From Pseudoalteromonas tetraodonis (lineage in GTDB: Bacteria; Pseudomonadota; Gammaproteobacteria; Enterobacterales; Alteromonadaceae): a stretch of 32,000 nt of DNA. Of this stretch, positions 1-7,618 are shown piece after piece; positions within the stretch are counted from its first letter, which is position 1; every line of letters starts with the position of its first letter. A program made the translations under genes and the position numbers. The stretch spans positions 2,640,001 to 2,672,000 of the forward strand of contig NZ_CP011041.1 in NCBI RefSeq assembly GCF_002310835.1, in the 5' to 3' direction. The notes beneath the pieces are model-generated. The model saw only the letters and a list, made by a program, of their open reading frames with translations. It searched no databases and was not told where the DNA came from.

Positions 1-1029
1 CTCTGGGTTATAGGTAAACATTTGACTCGCTATTTGCTTTTCTACTACCAGCTCTTGGTAAATATCTGAATTACTAGAAAAATAAAGCTGCGATAGTAAA
101 TCTAATGCGGCTCTGTCTTTTTTCTGAGGCTCCCATGCAGCGCCTTTATACGACACAAGTAACCAGTGACCAGGTAGTCCTTCGTTTTGCTCATGCACAT
201 ATTTTGGCGCTTGTTGAGTTGGCTCTTTTGGAATATCAGCAACATAGTCGCCTTTTTGCCAATTACCCCAGTGTTTTTTAACCATCGCCATGGTCTCTTT
301 TGGCTCAACATCACCAACAATCACAAGCGATACATATTCAGGCTTATAAAACTTATCAAAAAACTCTTTACCGTAGGCCATTTGATCTGGCATGGCTTCA
401 ATGTCTTCAAAAAAGCCCATTGTAGTGTGTTTATAGGTATGTTTTTCGAACGCTTCTTGGCGTACCGCACTTAATAATTTACGAATTGGACTGGCGTTAT
501 TTTTTAAGTACTCGCCTTTAACCGTTAGCGCTTCGGTTCTAAATTGCTCTTCGGTGTAGCTTAGGTTTTGAAAAATATCAGCTTCAATCTCAAGTACTTT
601 ATCAAGATGTTGCTTTGAAAAATTTAAGTGGTAGTTAGTGTAATCGTTAGTTGTGTAGGCGCGGTTATCAACCCCTGAATTTTTTAGAATATCTGAATAC
701 ACATCTTGCGGAAACTTTTCAGAGCCTTTAAACATCATGTGTTCAAAAAAGTGAGCAAAACCAGTTTTACCTGCTTCCACTTCATTACGCGAGCCTACAG
801 ATACAGGTATTTGTAGCGATACTACATCTGGGTAATCGGTTTTAACTACCATCACACGTAGGCCGTTATCTAGCTCTTCTATTAGGTAATCTTGTGAAAA
901 AACACGCTCATCTGCTTTATTAACTTGTTCTTGTTGAGCTGCTGTTTGCGTGTTTTGACTTTGCTGCATAGCACAACCTGTTAAGGCCAGCGATACCGCT
1001 AGGCTAGTTGCCAATAATTTAAATTTCAT
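1..1029 (-). CDS. M16 family (pitrilysin/insulinase-like) zinc metallopeptidase, lipoprotein; partial, C-terminus lies beyond the window start
   Basis: The minus-strand frame is open from ATG at 1029 to position 1. It is absent from the ORF track because it has no stop in the window. Translation starts MKFKLLATSLAVSLALTGC (lipobox). It contains GFAHFFEHMMFKGS, the inverted HxxEH zinc motif of M16 peptidases. Confidence 0.85.
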   Translation of the reverse strand, partial: MKFKLLATSLAVSLALTGCAMQQSQNTQTAAQQEQVNKADERVFSQDYLIEELDNGLRVMVVKTDYPDVVSLQIPVSVGSRNEVEAGKTGFAHFFEHMMFKGSEKFPQDVYSDILKNSGVDNRAYTTNDYTNYHLNFSKQHLDKVLEIEADIFQNLSYTEEQFRTEALTVKGEYLKNNASPIRKLLSAVRQEAFEKHTYKHTTMGFFEDIEAMPDQMAYGKEFFDKFYKPEYVSLVIVGDVEPKETMAMVKKHWGNWQKGDYVADIPKEPTQQAPKYVHEQNEGLPGHWLLVSYKGAAWEPQKKDRAALDLLSQLYFSSNSDIYQELVVEKQIASQMFTYNPE

Positions 1030-1210
1030 TGTTATCCCTTTTTAAATTGAGCAATTTTTAAAACATTTACCAAACTAAGTATGCCGTAAAGTAATTAAAT
1101 ATAAGAGCCCTAAGCCTATTAATTATGTAAACAACTGTGTCAGTTATTGCTGGTAACTTGGTTTAACTATGAAAATAATTCACGTTAGTTGAGAAACTTT
1201 CAATAAATAA

Positions 1211-1234
1211 ATCTATCTAGACGTCTAAATGGCT
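1211..1234 (+). promoter_or_regulatory. Candidate MetJ operator: one perfect met box flanked by degenerate boxes
   Basis: AGACGTCT at 1219-1226 is identical to the 8-bp met-box consensus. The adjacent in-phase 8-mers match it 4/8 (ATCTATCT) and 5/8 (AAATGGCT). The site lies about 45 nt upstream of the MTHFR-like start codon. Confidence 0.4.
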
Positions 1235-1269
1235 GCTATATTAAATCCATCATCACAAATTAAGCTGGA

Positions 1270-2235
1270 ATGAGGATTATGGCTTTATCACTTCAAGAAA
1301 AAATACAGGACACCAACCAAGGTGTTTACCTAATTGGCACAACACCGCCAAAAATTGGGACTGATAAAGCGCAATTAAAAATCATTGCCGAAAAGTTATT
1401 AGGCCGTTTACACGAAATTGAATATGACGGCGTAATTATTTATGACATTCAAGATGAAAGCAGCCGTACAGAGCAAGCGCGTCCATTTGCATTTAAGCAA
1501 ACAGTTGATCCGCGCGAGTACAGTCAACTCTTACGAGGCTTATCTGATCTTGATGTAATTACTTATAAAAGTGTAGCTCAGCGCGGTGTGAGTGAGTTTA
1601 AAGCGTGGTTAGATGAAACTAAAAATGACTACGATTTAAAAAACGTGGTGTTAGTGGGCAGCCCATCATCAGCGGGTGATATAAAGCTAAGCTTACCGAA
1701 TGCCTACAAAACTCTGGCAGAGCAGTCAGAAGACTTCTTTTTAGGTGGTGTAACCATTGCTGAGCGCCATGCCAATAAGCGTAATGAGCACCAACGCTTA
1801 ATAGAAAAAACAGCACAAGGGTGCCAGTTTTTTATCTCTCAAGCCGTTTACAATGCACAAGCAACCATAGATTTAATAACCAGTTATGCGCGCACATGCA
1901 AAGCACAAGGCCTGACACCTAATCGGATTATATTAACCTTTACGCCTTGTGGTGGTGAAAAAACATTGGAGTTTATGCAGTGGCTAGGTATCTCAGTGCC
2001 AGAGGCAACTAAATGGCGCATGCTTGATTCGGAAAATACATTAAGCGAATCGGTACGTATTTGTCGTGAAAATCTCGACTCAATTTTAAAAAGCTGTGCG
2101 CACTTAGGTGTACCACTGGGCTTAAATATTGAAAGCTTAACCAACCGTAAAGAAGAAATAGACGCATCAATTAACTTATACCGTTTATTAAAAGCAACAA
2201 TGGAACTCAACCTTGCGGAGAAACTAATAGCTTAA
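1270..2235 (+). CDS. Methylenetetrahydrofolate reductase (MetF)-family-like protein, a distant member
   Basis: 321-aa ORF. It has loose MetF-like blocks (GTTPPK near the N-terminus, FFISQAVYNAQ resembling the MetF ITQFFFD block). The upstream met box supports membership of the methionine regulon. The alternative ATG at 1279 cannot be excluded. Confidence 0.55.
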   Translation: MRIMALSLQEKIQDTNQGVYLIGTTPPKIGTDKAQLKIIAEKLLGRLHEIEYDGVIIYDIQDESSRTEQARPFAFKQTVDPREYSQLLRGLSDLDVITYKSVAQRGVSEFKAWLDETKNDYDLKNVVLVGSPSSAGDIKLSLPNAYKTLAEQSEDFFLGGVTIAERHANKRNEHQRLIEKTAQGCQFFISQAVYNAQATIDLITSYARTCKAQGLTPNRIILTFTPCGGEKTLEFMQWLGISVPEATKWRMLDSENTLSESVRICRENLDSILKSCAHLGVPLGLNIESLTNRKEEIDASINLYRLLKATMELNLAEKLIA

Positions 2236-2239
2236 TTGC

Positions 2240-2284
2240 GGGGTTCGGGGTTCGGGGTTCGGGGTTCGGGGTTCGGGGTTCGGG
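2240..2284 (+). repeat. Tandem heptanucleotide repeat (GGGGTTC) x6 plus a terminal GGG; G-quadruplex-capable
   Basis: Direct reading gives units at 2240, 2247, 2254, 2261, 2268 and 2275, then GGG at 2282-2284. The array starts 5 nt after the TAA stop (2233-2235) of the upstream gene. Confidence 0.95.
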
Positions 2285-2437
2285 AAGAGATTATTGGATG
2301 CTCCCTTTATATCAATAAGTAAAATCAAGATAAGTGTTTAATATTTACGAGGTAGACGCCGAGCTTGAAAAGCAGTTTATTTTCATAAGTACTAACTTGA
2401 TCTGTGAGGTTTGAACTGTAGGACTTTATCAAATCTA

Positions 2438-2467
2438 ACAGTCGCATTTGTGCCATTTGCGGACTGT
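2438..2467 (-). terminator. Hairpin downstream of the 239-aa ORF (possible terminator)
   Basis: On the minus strand the sequence is ACAGTCCGCA-aatggcacaaa-TGCGACTGT, a 9-10 bp stem with one bulged base, followed by a T-containing tract. It lies about 27 nt after the stop at 2494. Confidence 0.4.
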
Positions 2468-2493
2468 CGTAACCTTAGACTCTTGTTAGCCAT

Positions 2494-3213
2494 TTACTCT
2501 GGTAGTGAAAATGTGAACTCTTGATAGTCGTGTTCTTTAGTCAGTGCTGAGGCTGTATTTTCAAAGTGCTGTAAAAAAAATTCAGACTCTACTGAATCAG
2601 GTGTCACATGCTCTTTCACAAATGGGTGCAATGCAATTCCTGCATTCAGAGACAAAGGCACAAAGTTGAAAAATATTTGAGATTTACTGAAACCTAAAGA
2701 TTTTGCCTCTTCTTCAAATTTATCTGCATTTAAATAGTTACGAATTAGATCTCTAGCATTAGCTCTCAATCTTGATTCATTTCGTGGCAAAGTTAACAAA
2801 TCGTCTAAATCAGACCAAGATAGAGGTATATCAAAGTACCCTCCACCTTCTTCCTCTTCAGGTACAACAGAATTTACGTATAGATACTTCTTTTTGTTTG
2901 TAGGCTTTTCACAAACTTGATTATGGTAGTTCCATAAACTTCTAATTCTGTTTGCTTTGTTATGGTGGCGAGCATTGCGAATTGCCAGAATTATGCAAAG
3001 TTCAGGGACTGAATACCAATCTACTGGCTTTCCTAATTCTTGCGCCATCAAATCATATAAATTATGGAATGCATTTAATTTTGCGTTAATTGCAGTTTCC
3101 ACAGTACCCACGGCTTCTGCTCTATCAATATCAATTAATTGTTTTAATCTTTGATTCGATTCAAGCAGAACTCTAAACGTTTGAGTCAGGTCTTCGAAGG
3201 AATGGGTAAGCAT
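2494..3213 (-). CDS. Hypothetical protein with a HEPN-like RNxxxH motif (possible RNase/toxin-type cargo)
   Basis: 239-aa ORF with ATG start. The motif LAIRNARHHNK fits hydrophobic-R-N-x3-H (Rx4-6H). An acidic EEEEGGG linker and a C-terminal region of unknown type follow. I recognise no other family signature. Confidence 0.55.
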   Translation of the reverse strand: MLTHSFEDLTQTFRVLLESNQRLKQLIDIDRAEAVGTVETAINAKLNAFHNLYDLMAQELGKPVDWYSVPELCIILAIRNARHHNKANRIRSLWNYHNQVCEKPTNKKKYLYVNSVVPEEEEGGGYFDIPLSWSDLDDLLTLPRNESRLRANARDLIRNYLNADKFEEEAKSLGFSKSQIFFNFVPLSLNAGIALHPFVKEHVTPDSVESEFFLQHFENTASALTKEHDYQEFTFSLPE

Positions 3214-3534
3214 ATAAACTCCGTACGTATGAATTAATGGCTAACAGCTTATTGAACACCGTTTTGGTGGTTTATAACACACCAAAACGGCGTATATTAC
3301 ATACCCCGATAATTTCACCAATAATTTCCTTTGTAAACAAGTAATTAAAATAGCGAGATATTAAGCATGTTATTTTTCCCCAAAGCGGCGTTTAATAATG
3401 TTATCGAACAGAATTAGGCTCTTACTCAAAGAAGTAATAATAAATTTAACTTTTCAGTGTCCGCTCCTCGCTCATACCCGAATTCTTTTGTAGCGAGCTA
3501 AGCTTAAAACTCCATAAACACCGGAGTACAACTA

Positions 3535-4158
3535 ATGCACCAGTTAACTATATATCAGCCTAAAGAGCCTTGGAATAAAAATAAGCTTGTAGGACAAAAG
3601 TTACCTCTAAAATTACAGCAAATATGGGCTATCCGAATACGACTGGAACTTTTTCATAAAATAAGAGATCTAGCACTATTTAACCTAGCCATAGATAGCA
3701 AACTAAGAGGGTGTGATTTAGTTTCACTAAAAGTTAATGACATTGCACATGGTAAAGCAATCCAATCACGGGCAATAGTCGTTCAAAAAAAGACTGGTAT
3801 GCCTGTTCAATTTGAAATTACTGGAAATACAAGGAAATCAATTGTGGCGCTCATAGAGCAATTTACTCTCAATTCTTATGATTACTTGTTTAAGTCACGA
3901 ATTCATTCCTCTGAACACCTTTCAACCCGTCAATATGGACGTATAGTTGACTCTTGGGTCACCTCAATTGGGTTAGATAAGACTCAATATGGCACTCATT
4001 CAATGAGACGTACCAAACCATCACTAATTTACAAAAAAACTAAAAATTTAAGAGCCTGTCAGCTTCTACTTGGCCATAGAAAACTAGAGAGCACTGTCAG
4101 GTACTTGGGAATAGAAGTTGATGATGCGTTAGAAGTATCAGAACAGATCGATGCTTAA
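3535..4158 (+). CDS. Short tyrosine recombinase / phage-integrase-family protein (catalytic domain only)
   Basis: 207-aa ORF with GGAG 8 nt upstream of the ATG. Catalytic signature residues are present in order: R in SKLRGCDL, HxxR in GTHSMRRT, H in LLGHRKL, Y in TVRYLG. Confidence 0.85.
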   Translation: MHQLTIYQPKEPWNKNKLVGQKLPLKLQQIWAIRIRLELFHKIRDLALFNLAIDSKLRGCDLVSLKVNDIAHGKAIQSRAIVVQKKTGMPVQFEITGNTRKSIVALIEQFTLNSYDYLFKSRIHSSEHLSTRQYGRIVDSWVTSIGLDKTQYGTHSMRRTKPSLIYKKTKNLRACQLLLGHRKLESTVRYLGIEVDDALEVSEQIDA

Positions 4159-4170
4159 ATTTGAACCTAA

Positions 4171-4195
4171 GCCAGACTCGAAGTTAGAGTCTGGC
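4171..4195 (+). terminator. Perfect 9-bp stem hairpin after the recombinase gene (terminator-like or recombination site)
   Basis: GCCAGACTC-gaagtta-GAGTCTGGC begins 13 nt after the stop codon. There is no clear T-tract. Confidence 0.4.
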
Positions 4196-4356
4196 ACGTG
4201 CCATAATCCGACCTTGAGACACATAGAGATTAAGACTGCAAAGATACGAAAGCGGAAGTTAGCTTTGGCCTGTTTAACGACAAATATTCCGACAAAGCAG
4301 TCATGACTATTAGTTTATTGTTAAATCTAATCTTTCTTTTCGTTCATCTACTCAAT

Positions 4357-4390
4357 AACCCCACGCTAAACGTGACTTTAGCGTGGGGTT
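4357..4390 (-). terminator. Strong hairpin terminating the czc gene string
   Basis: AACCCCACGCTAAA-cgtgac-TTTAGCGTGGGGTT is a perfect 14-bp stem. It lies 17 nt beyond the czcA stop (4407) in the direction of transcription. Confidence 0.6.
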
Positions 4391-4406
4391 AGAGTTCACA
4401 GTAATT

Positions 4407-7400
4407 TTATCTGGATAGCTCTTTTATTTTTTTCTCTGAAAACCAGCGATATAAAACAGGTAAAACAAATAATGTTAACAGTGTTGCAGTTACCAAGCCG
4501 CCAACAATAACACTCGCTAATGGGCGCTGTATTTCTGCACCAACACCATTAGACATTAACATCGGTATCAAACCTAAAGCTGATGTTATAGCAGTCATAA
4601 GTACAGGTCTTAATCTTGAAGTAGCGCCTTCAAAAACGGCTTTAGATGCTTCTAGACCGTCTTTAATACGTTGGTTGATACTTTCTACCATAACGACCCC
4701 ATTCAATACCGCTACACCAAATAAGGTAATAAAGCCAACGGAGCTTGGTACAGACAAGTATTGTCCAGATAAATATAAGGAGAAAACTCCGCCAATTACA
4801 GCAAGCGGCACGTTGACCAATATCAGCATAGCTTGACCAACAGAACCAAAGGCAAAGTAAAGTAGTAGTGCGATTAGTGCTAACGATAAAGGTACAACTA
4901 TAGCTAACCTATTTTGAGCACGTTTTTGACTTTCGAACTGGCCGCCAATCGAAACAGAATAACCTGAAGGTAAGTCAACCTTTTCAGCAATTACCGTTCT
5001 GATATCGGCAACCACGCTTCCCATATCTCGATTTTGTACATTTGCTTGGATAACGACTCTTCGTTGTACATCATCGCGTCTAACTTGTGGTGGGCCTGAC
5101 TCAAATGAGACTGAGGCTACGTCACCCAGCCGCACCCAAGCACCAGTAGGTGATTGAAGCCGAATATCAGCAATAGCTTCTTTGTTACTTCGGTACTCTT
5201 CCTCTATGCGAACGTAAATATCATAACGTTCATTACCATTGATTATTTGTCCGGCTTCAACACCACCAATACCATCACGCACAACCTCCATTATGTCACT
5301 CACAGACAATCCAAAGCGTGATAGTTCTTGCCTGTTAGGACTTATCACCAATTGCGCTTCACCAGCAATTTGCTCCAATGCAACATCCCTTGCACCTTCA
5401 ATGTTTTTAATTGCTGTTTCTATTTCTTGACCTTTAGCCGCCAGTACCTCAAGTTCAGGCCCAAACAACTTTATCGCCAACTGAGCCTTAACACCAGATA
5501 GTAGCTCATCGACACGAGTCGCAATAGGTTGAGAAAAGTTGAGTAGCAACCCAGGGAATTCTTCTAAAGATCTCTCCATTTTTCCTTGAAGTTCATATCG
5601 ATTAGATGCACTGGTCCACTCAGAAACAGGCTTCAACCCTATGTAAATTTCGATGTTATTCACAGGCTCTGGGTCTCCACCTATTTCTGCTCGACCAATT
5701 CGGCTTAATGCATAGGTTACTTCAGGAAAAGCCATTAGTTTTTCTTCTAGAATTGGTGCCACAGTGAGCGCGGTATCTAAACTGGAAGAAGGTGCAAGCG
5801 TTGCTCTTAAGTTTATCGTCCCTTCTTCTAACTCAGGTACAAATTCAGTACCAATTAATGGAACTAATGCAAAGGCAGAGAAAACTAATATAAGTGCGGC
5901 TGAAATGACTAATTTGGTGCGTTTTAGTGCGAATGTAAGCCCTTTTCTGTAGAGTTTGTCTAATGGCCTAAGAACAAAGCTTTCCCTCTCTTTTACACCT
6001 GACTTAAATAAATAAGTAGCTAAAGCGGGTACAACAAACAACGCAACCACAATAGCAGATATAACAGCTAAAATGATGCTTATTGCCATAGGTTGAAATA
6101 ACTTTGCCTCAACACCTTCAAAGCTAAATAAAGGCGTAAATACGACTAAAATAATAGAAGCTGCAAAAAATACGGGACGAGCCACTTCTTTACCCGCATT
6201 TTGAAGACGTAACTTAATACCATGCTCATCTTGTTCTACATCATGTGGATCAGTATCAGCACTAGGCACTCTTTCTTTTACAGTTTTTAAATGGGTAGAG
6301 TCTGGTCTATTTAAATGCTTAAACATGTTTTCAACCATCACGACTGAACCATCAACTAGCATACCAATGGCTACGGCAATGCCACCCAATGACATAAGGT
6401 TTGCAGAAATGCCCCACCAAGCCATGATCATTAACGCGATACCAATTGAAATTGGAATAGATATTAGGACAAGGAAGGTTGCACGTATATTCATTAAAAA
6501 TAGTGCTAATACAATACAGATGAAAATAAATGCTAGTAATAGTGCATCAACTACTGTATCAACGGCTTTTTCAATCAAATCAGCCTGATCATAAAATGGT
6601 TCAAAGCGAACACCTTTAGGCAATGCTTGATTAATCAATGGGATTCTTGCATTGATACCATCAATGGTGGCTTTAGTATTAGACCCCATGCGTTTTAAGA
6701 CAATGCCAGAGACAACTTCACCTAAATTTTCGACTTTACCGTCTTCGGTTTTGCGCGTCATTGTGACAGCACCTTGACGAATTTCACTGCCCATTTCAAC
6801 TTTAGCAATATCCGAAACCGTCACAACTGTCCCATCAACTGTTTTGACGGGAACTTGTTTGATATTACTAATACCAGCGTCACCACTTTCAAACCAACCT
6901 GCACCTCTAATAACAAGCTGCTCTTGCCCACGGTTCATATACCATCCGCCAACATTGGCATTGTTGTTATCTAGGGCACCAACAACGTCTTCTTGCGTTA
7001 GGTTATAAGAAAGAAGCTTAGATGGATCTACATTTACTTGGTACTGCCTAACAATACCTCCAAAGGAGAGTACATCAGTAACACCATCGACAGGCATAAC
7101 GAGTAATTTTACTACCCAATCATTGAGACTCCTGAGTGCCATAGCATCATAGCCTGCATCTTTATCTGAAATAAGAAGGTACTGAAATACTTGGCCTAGC
7201 CCTGAGGTGTTTGGCCCCATTTCGGGTGTGCCGACACCTTCTGGTATCAGTTCTTTTGCGGCTTGAAGACGCTCAAATACAAGTTGTCTTGCAAAGTAAA
7301 TGTCGGTGCCTTCTTTGAAAACAACCGTGACGCCAGACAAGCCTGTTTTAGAAATTGAGCGCACTTGTTCTACATCAGGTAAGGCATACATGACCGCTTC

Positions 7401-7607
7401 AATGGGGTACGTAATGAGTTGTTCAACTTCTTCAGCAGCTAGTCCTGGCGCTTCAGTATTTACAGCAACTTGAACATTAGTAACATCAGGAAAGGCATCT
7501 AAATTTAGTTTTGGTATAACCATAATTGCGCCGACAATTGTGGCAAACAGCGCAATCAAAATCAGGAGTCTATTATTAACAGACCAATCTATTATTTTAT
7601 TAAACAT
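4407..7607 (-). CDS. czcA: CusA/CzcA-family heavy-metal efflux RND inner-membrane pump
   Basis: 1066-aa ORF with 12-TM RND architecture and typical HME-RND blocks (N-terminal MFNKIIDWSVNNR, GGIAVAIGMLVDGSVVMVEN). It sits immediately downstream of the adaptor and outer-membrane factor genes. Confidence 0.92.
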   Translation of the reverse strand: MFNKIIDWSVNNRLLILIALFATIVGAIMVIPKLNLDAFPDVTNVQVAVNTEAPGLAAEEVEQLITYPIEAVMYALPDVEQVRSISKTGLSGVTVVFKEGTDIYFARQLVFERLQAAKELIPEGVGTPEMGPNTSGLGQVFQYLLISDKDAGYDAMALRSLNDWVVKLLVMPVDGVTDVLSFGGIVRQYQVNVDPSKLLSYNLTQEDVVGALDNNNANVGGWYMNRGQEQLVIRGAGWFESGDAGISNIKQVPVKTVDGTVVTVSDIAKVEMGSEIRQGAVTMTRKTEDGKVENLGEVVSGIVLKRMGSNTKATIDGINARIPLINQALPKGVRFEPFYDQADLIEKAVDTVVDALLLAFIFICIVLALFLMNIRATFLVLISIPISIGIALMIMAWWGISANLMSLGGIAVAIGMLVDGSVVMVENMFKHLNRPDSTHLKTVKERVPSADTDPHDVEQDEHGIKLRLQNAGKEVARPVFFAASIILVVFTPLFSFEGVEAKLFQPMAISIILAVISAIVVALFVVPALATYLFKSGVKERESFVLRPLDKLYRKGLTFALKRTKLVISAALILVFSAFALVPLIGTEFVPELEEGTINLRATLAPSSSLDTALTVAPILEEKLMAFPEVTYALSRIGRAEIGGDPEPVNNIEIYIGLKPVSEWTSASNRYELQGKMERSLEEFPGLLLNFSQPIATRVDELLSGVKAQLAIKLFGPELEVLAAKGQEIETAIKNIEGARDVALEQIAGEAQLVISPNRQELSRFGLSVSDIMEVVRDGIGGVEAGQIINGNERYDIYVRIEEEYRSNKEAIADIRLQSPTGAWVRLGDVASVSFESGPPQVRRDDVQRRVVIQANVQNRDMGSVVADIRTVIAEKVDLPSGYSVSIGGQFESQKRAQNRLAIVVPLSLALIALLLYFAFGSVGQAMLILVNVPLAVIGGVFSLYLSGQYLSVPSSVGFITLFGVAVLNGVVMVESINQRIKDGLEASKAVFEGATSRLRPVLMTAITSALGLIPMLMSNGVGAEIQRPLASVIVGGLVTATLLTLFVLPVLYRWFSEKKIKELSR

Positions 7608-7618
7608 AGTCTTGCTCC

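Noticed and set aside
102-474. Track ORFs 102-320 (-) and 187-474 (+).
   Set aside because: Both lie inside the long M16 peptidase frame, which has a clear HxxEH motif. They are alternative-frame shadow ORFs.
1619-2210. Antisense ORFs 1619-1816 and 1884-2210 within the MTHFR-like gene.
   Set aside because: These are shadow ORFs opposite a longer gene with recognisable similarity. They have no RBS or family signal.
2240-2284. CRISPR array or coding low-complexity region.
   Set aside because: The units are 7 nt with no spacers, and the array lies outside any ORF. It is a simple tandem repeat.
2433-3290. Integron gene cassette with attC sites. GTTAGCC (2485-2491) and its complement GGCTAAC (3239-3245) flank the 239-aa ORF. 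GTTAGAT-type and bulged-stem elements lie at 2433-2467, and a hairpin lies at 3259-3290.
   Set aside because: There is no IntI-type integrase; the adjacent recombinase is a 207-aa non-integron type. No matching R''/R' partner exists for the 3239-3290 element. The core sites deviate from RYYYAAC/GTTRRRY. The stems are equally well explained as a terminator and an operator.
3459-3502. A bona fide Tn3-family terminal inverted repeat, suggested by the inner GCTAAG end and a GAATTC-containing middle.
   Set aside because: The outer GGGG is missing, the length is about 44-46 bp rather than 38 bp, and no tnpA or tnpR lies in the window. The resemblance is noted only as a motif family in the findings.
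5239-6974. Plus-strand ORFs (5239-5430, 5764-5952, 6325-6588, 6774-6974) inside czcA.
   Set aside because: They are antisense to a 1066-aa RND gene of unambiguous identity. They are short and compositionally driven.
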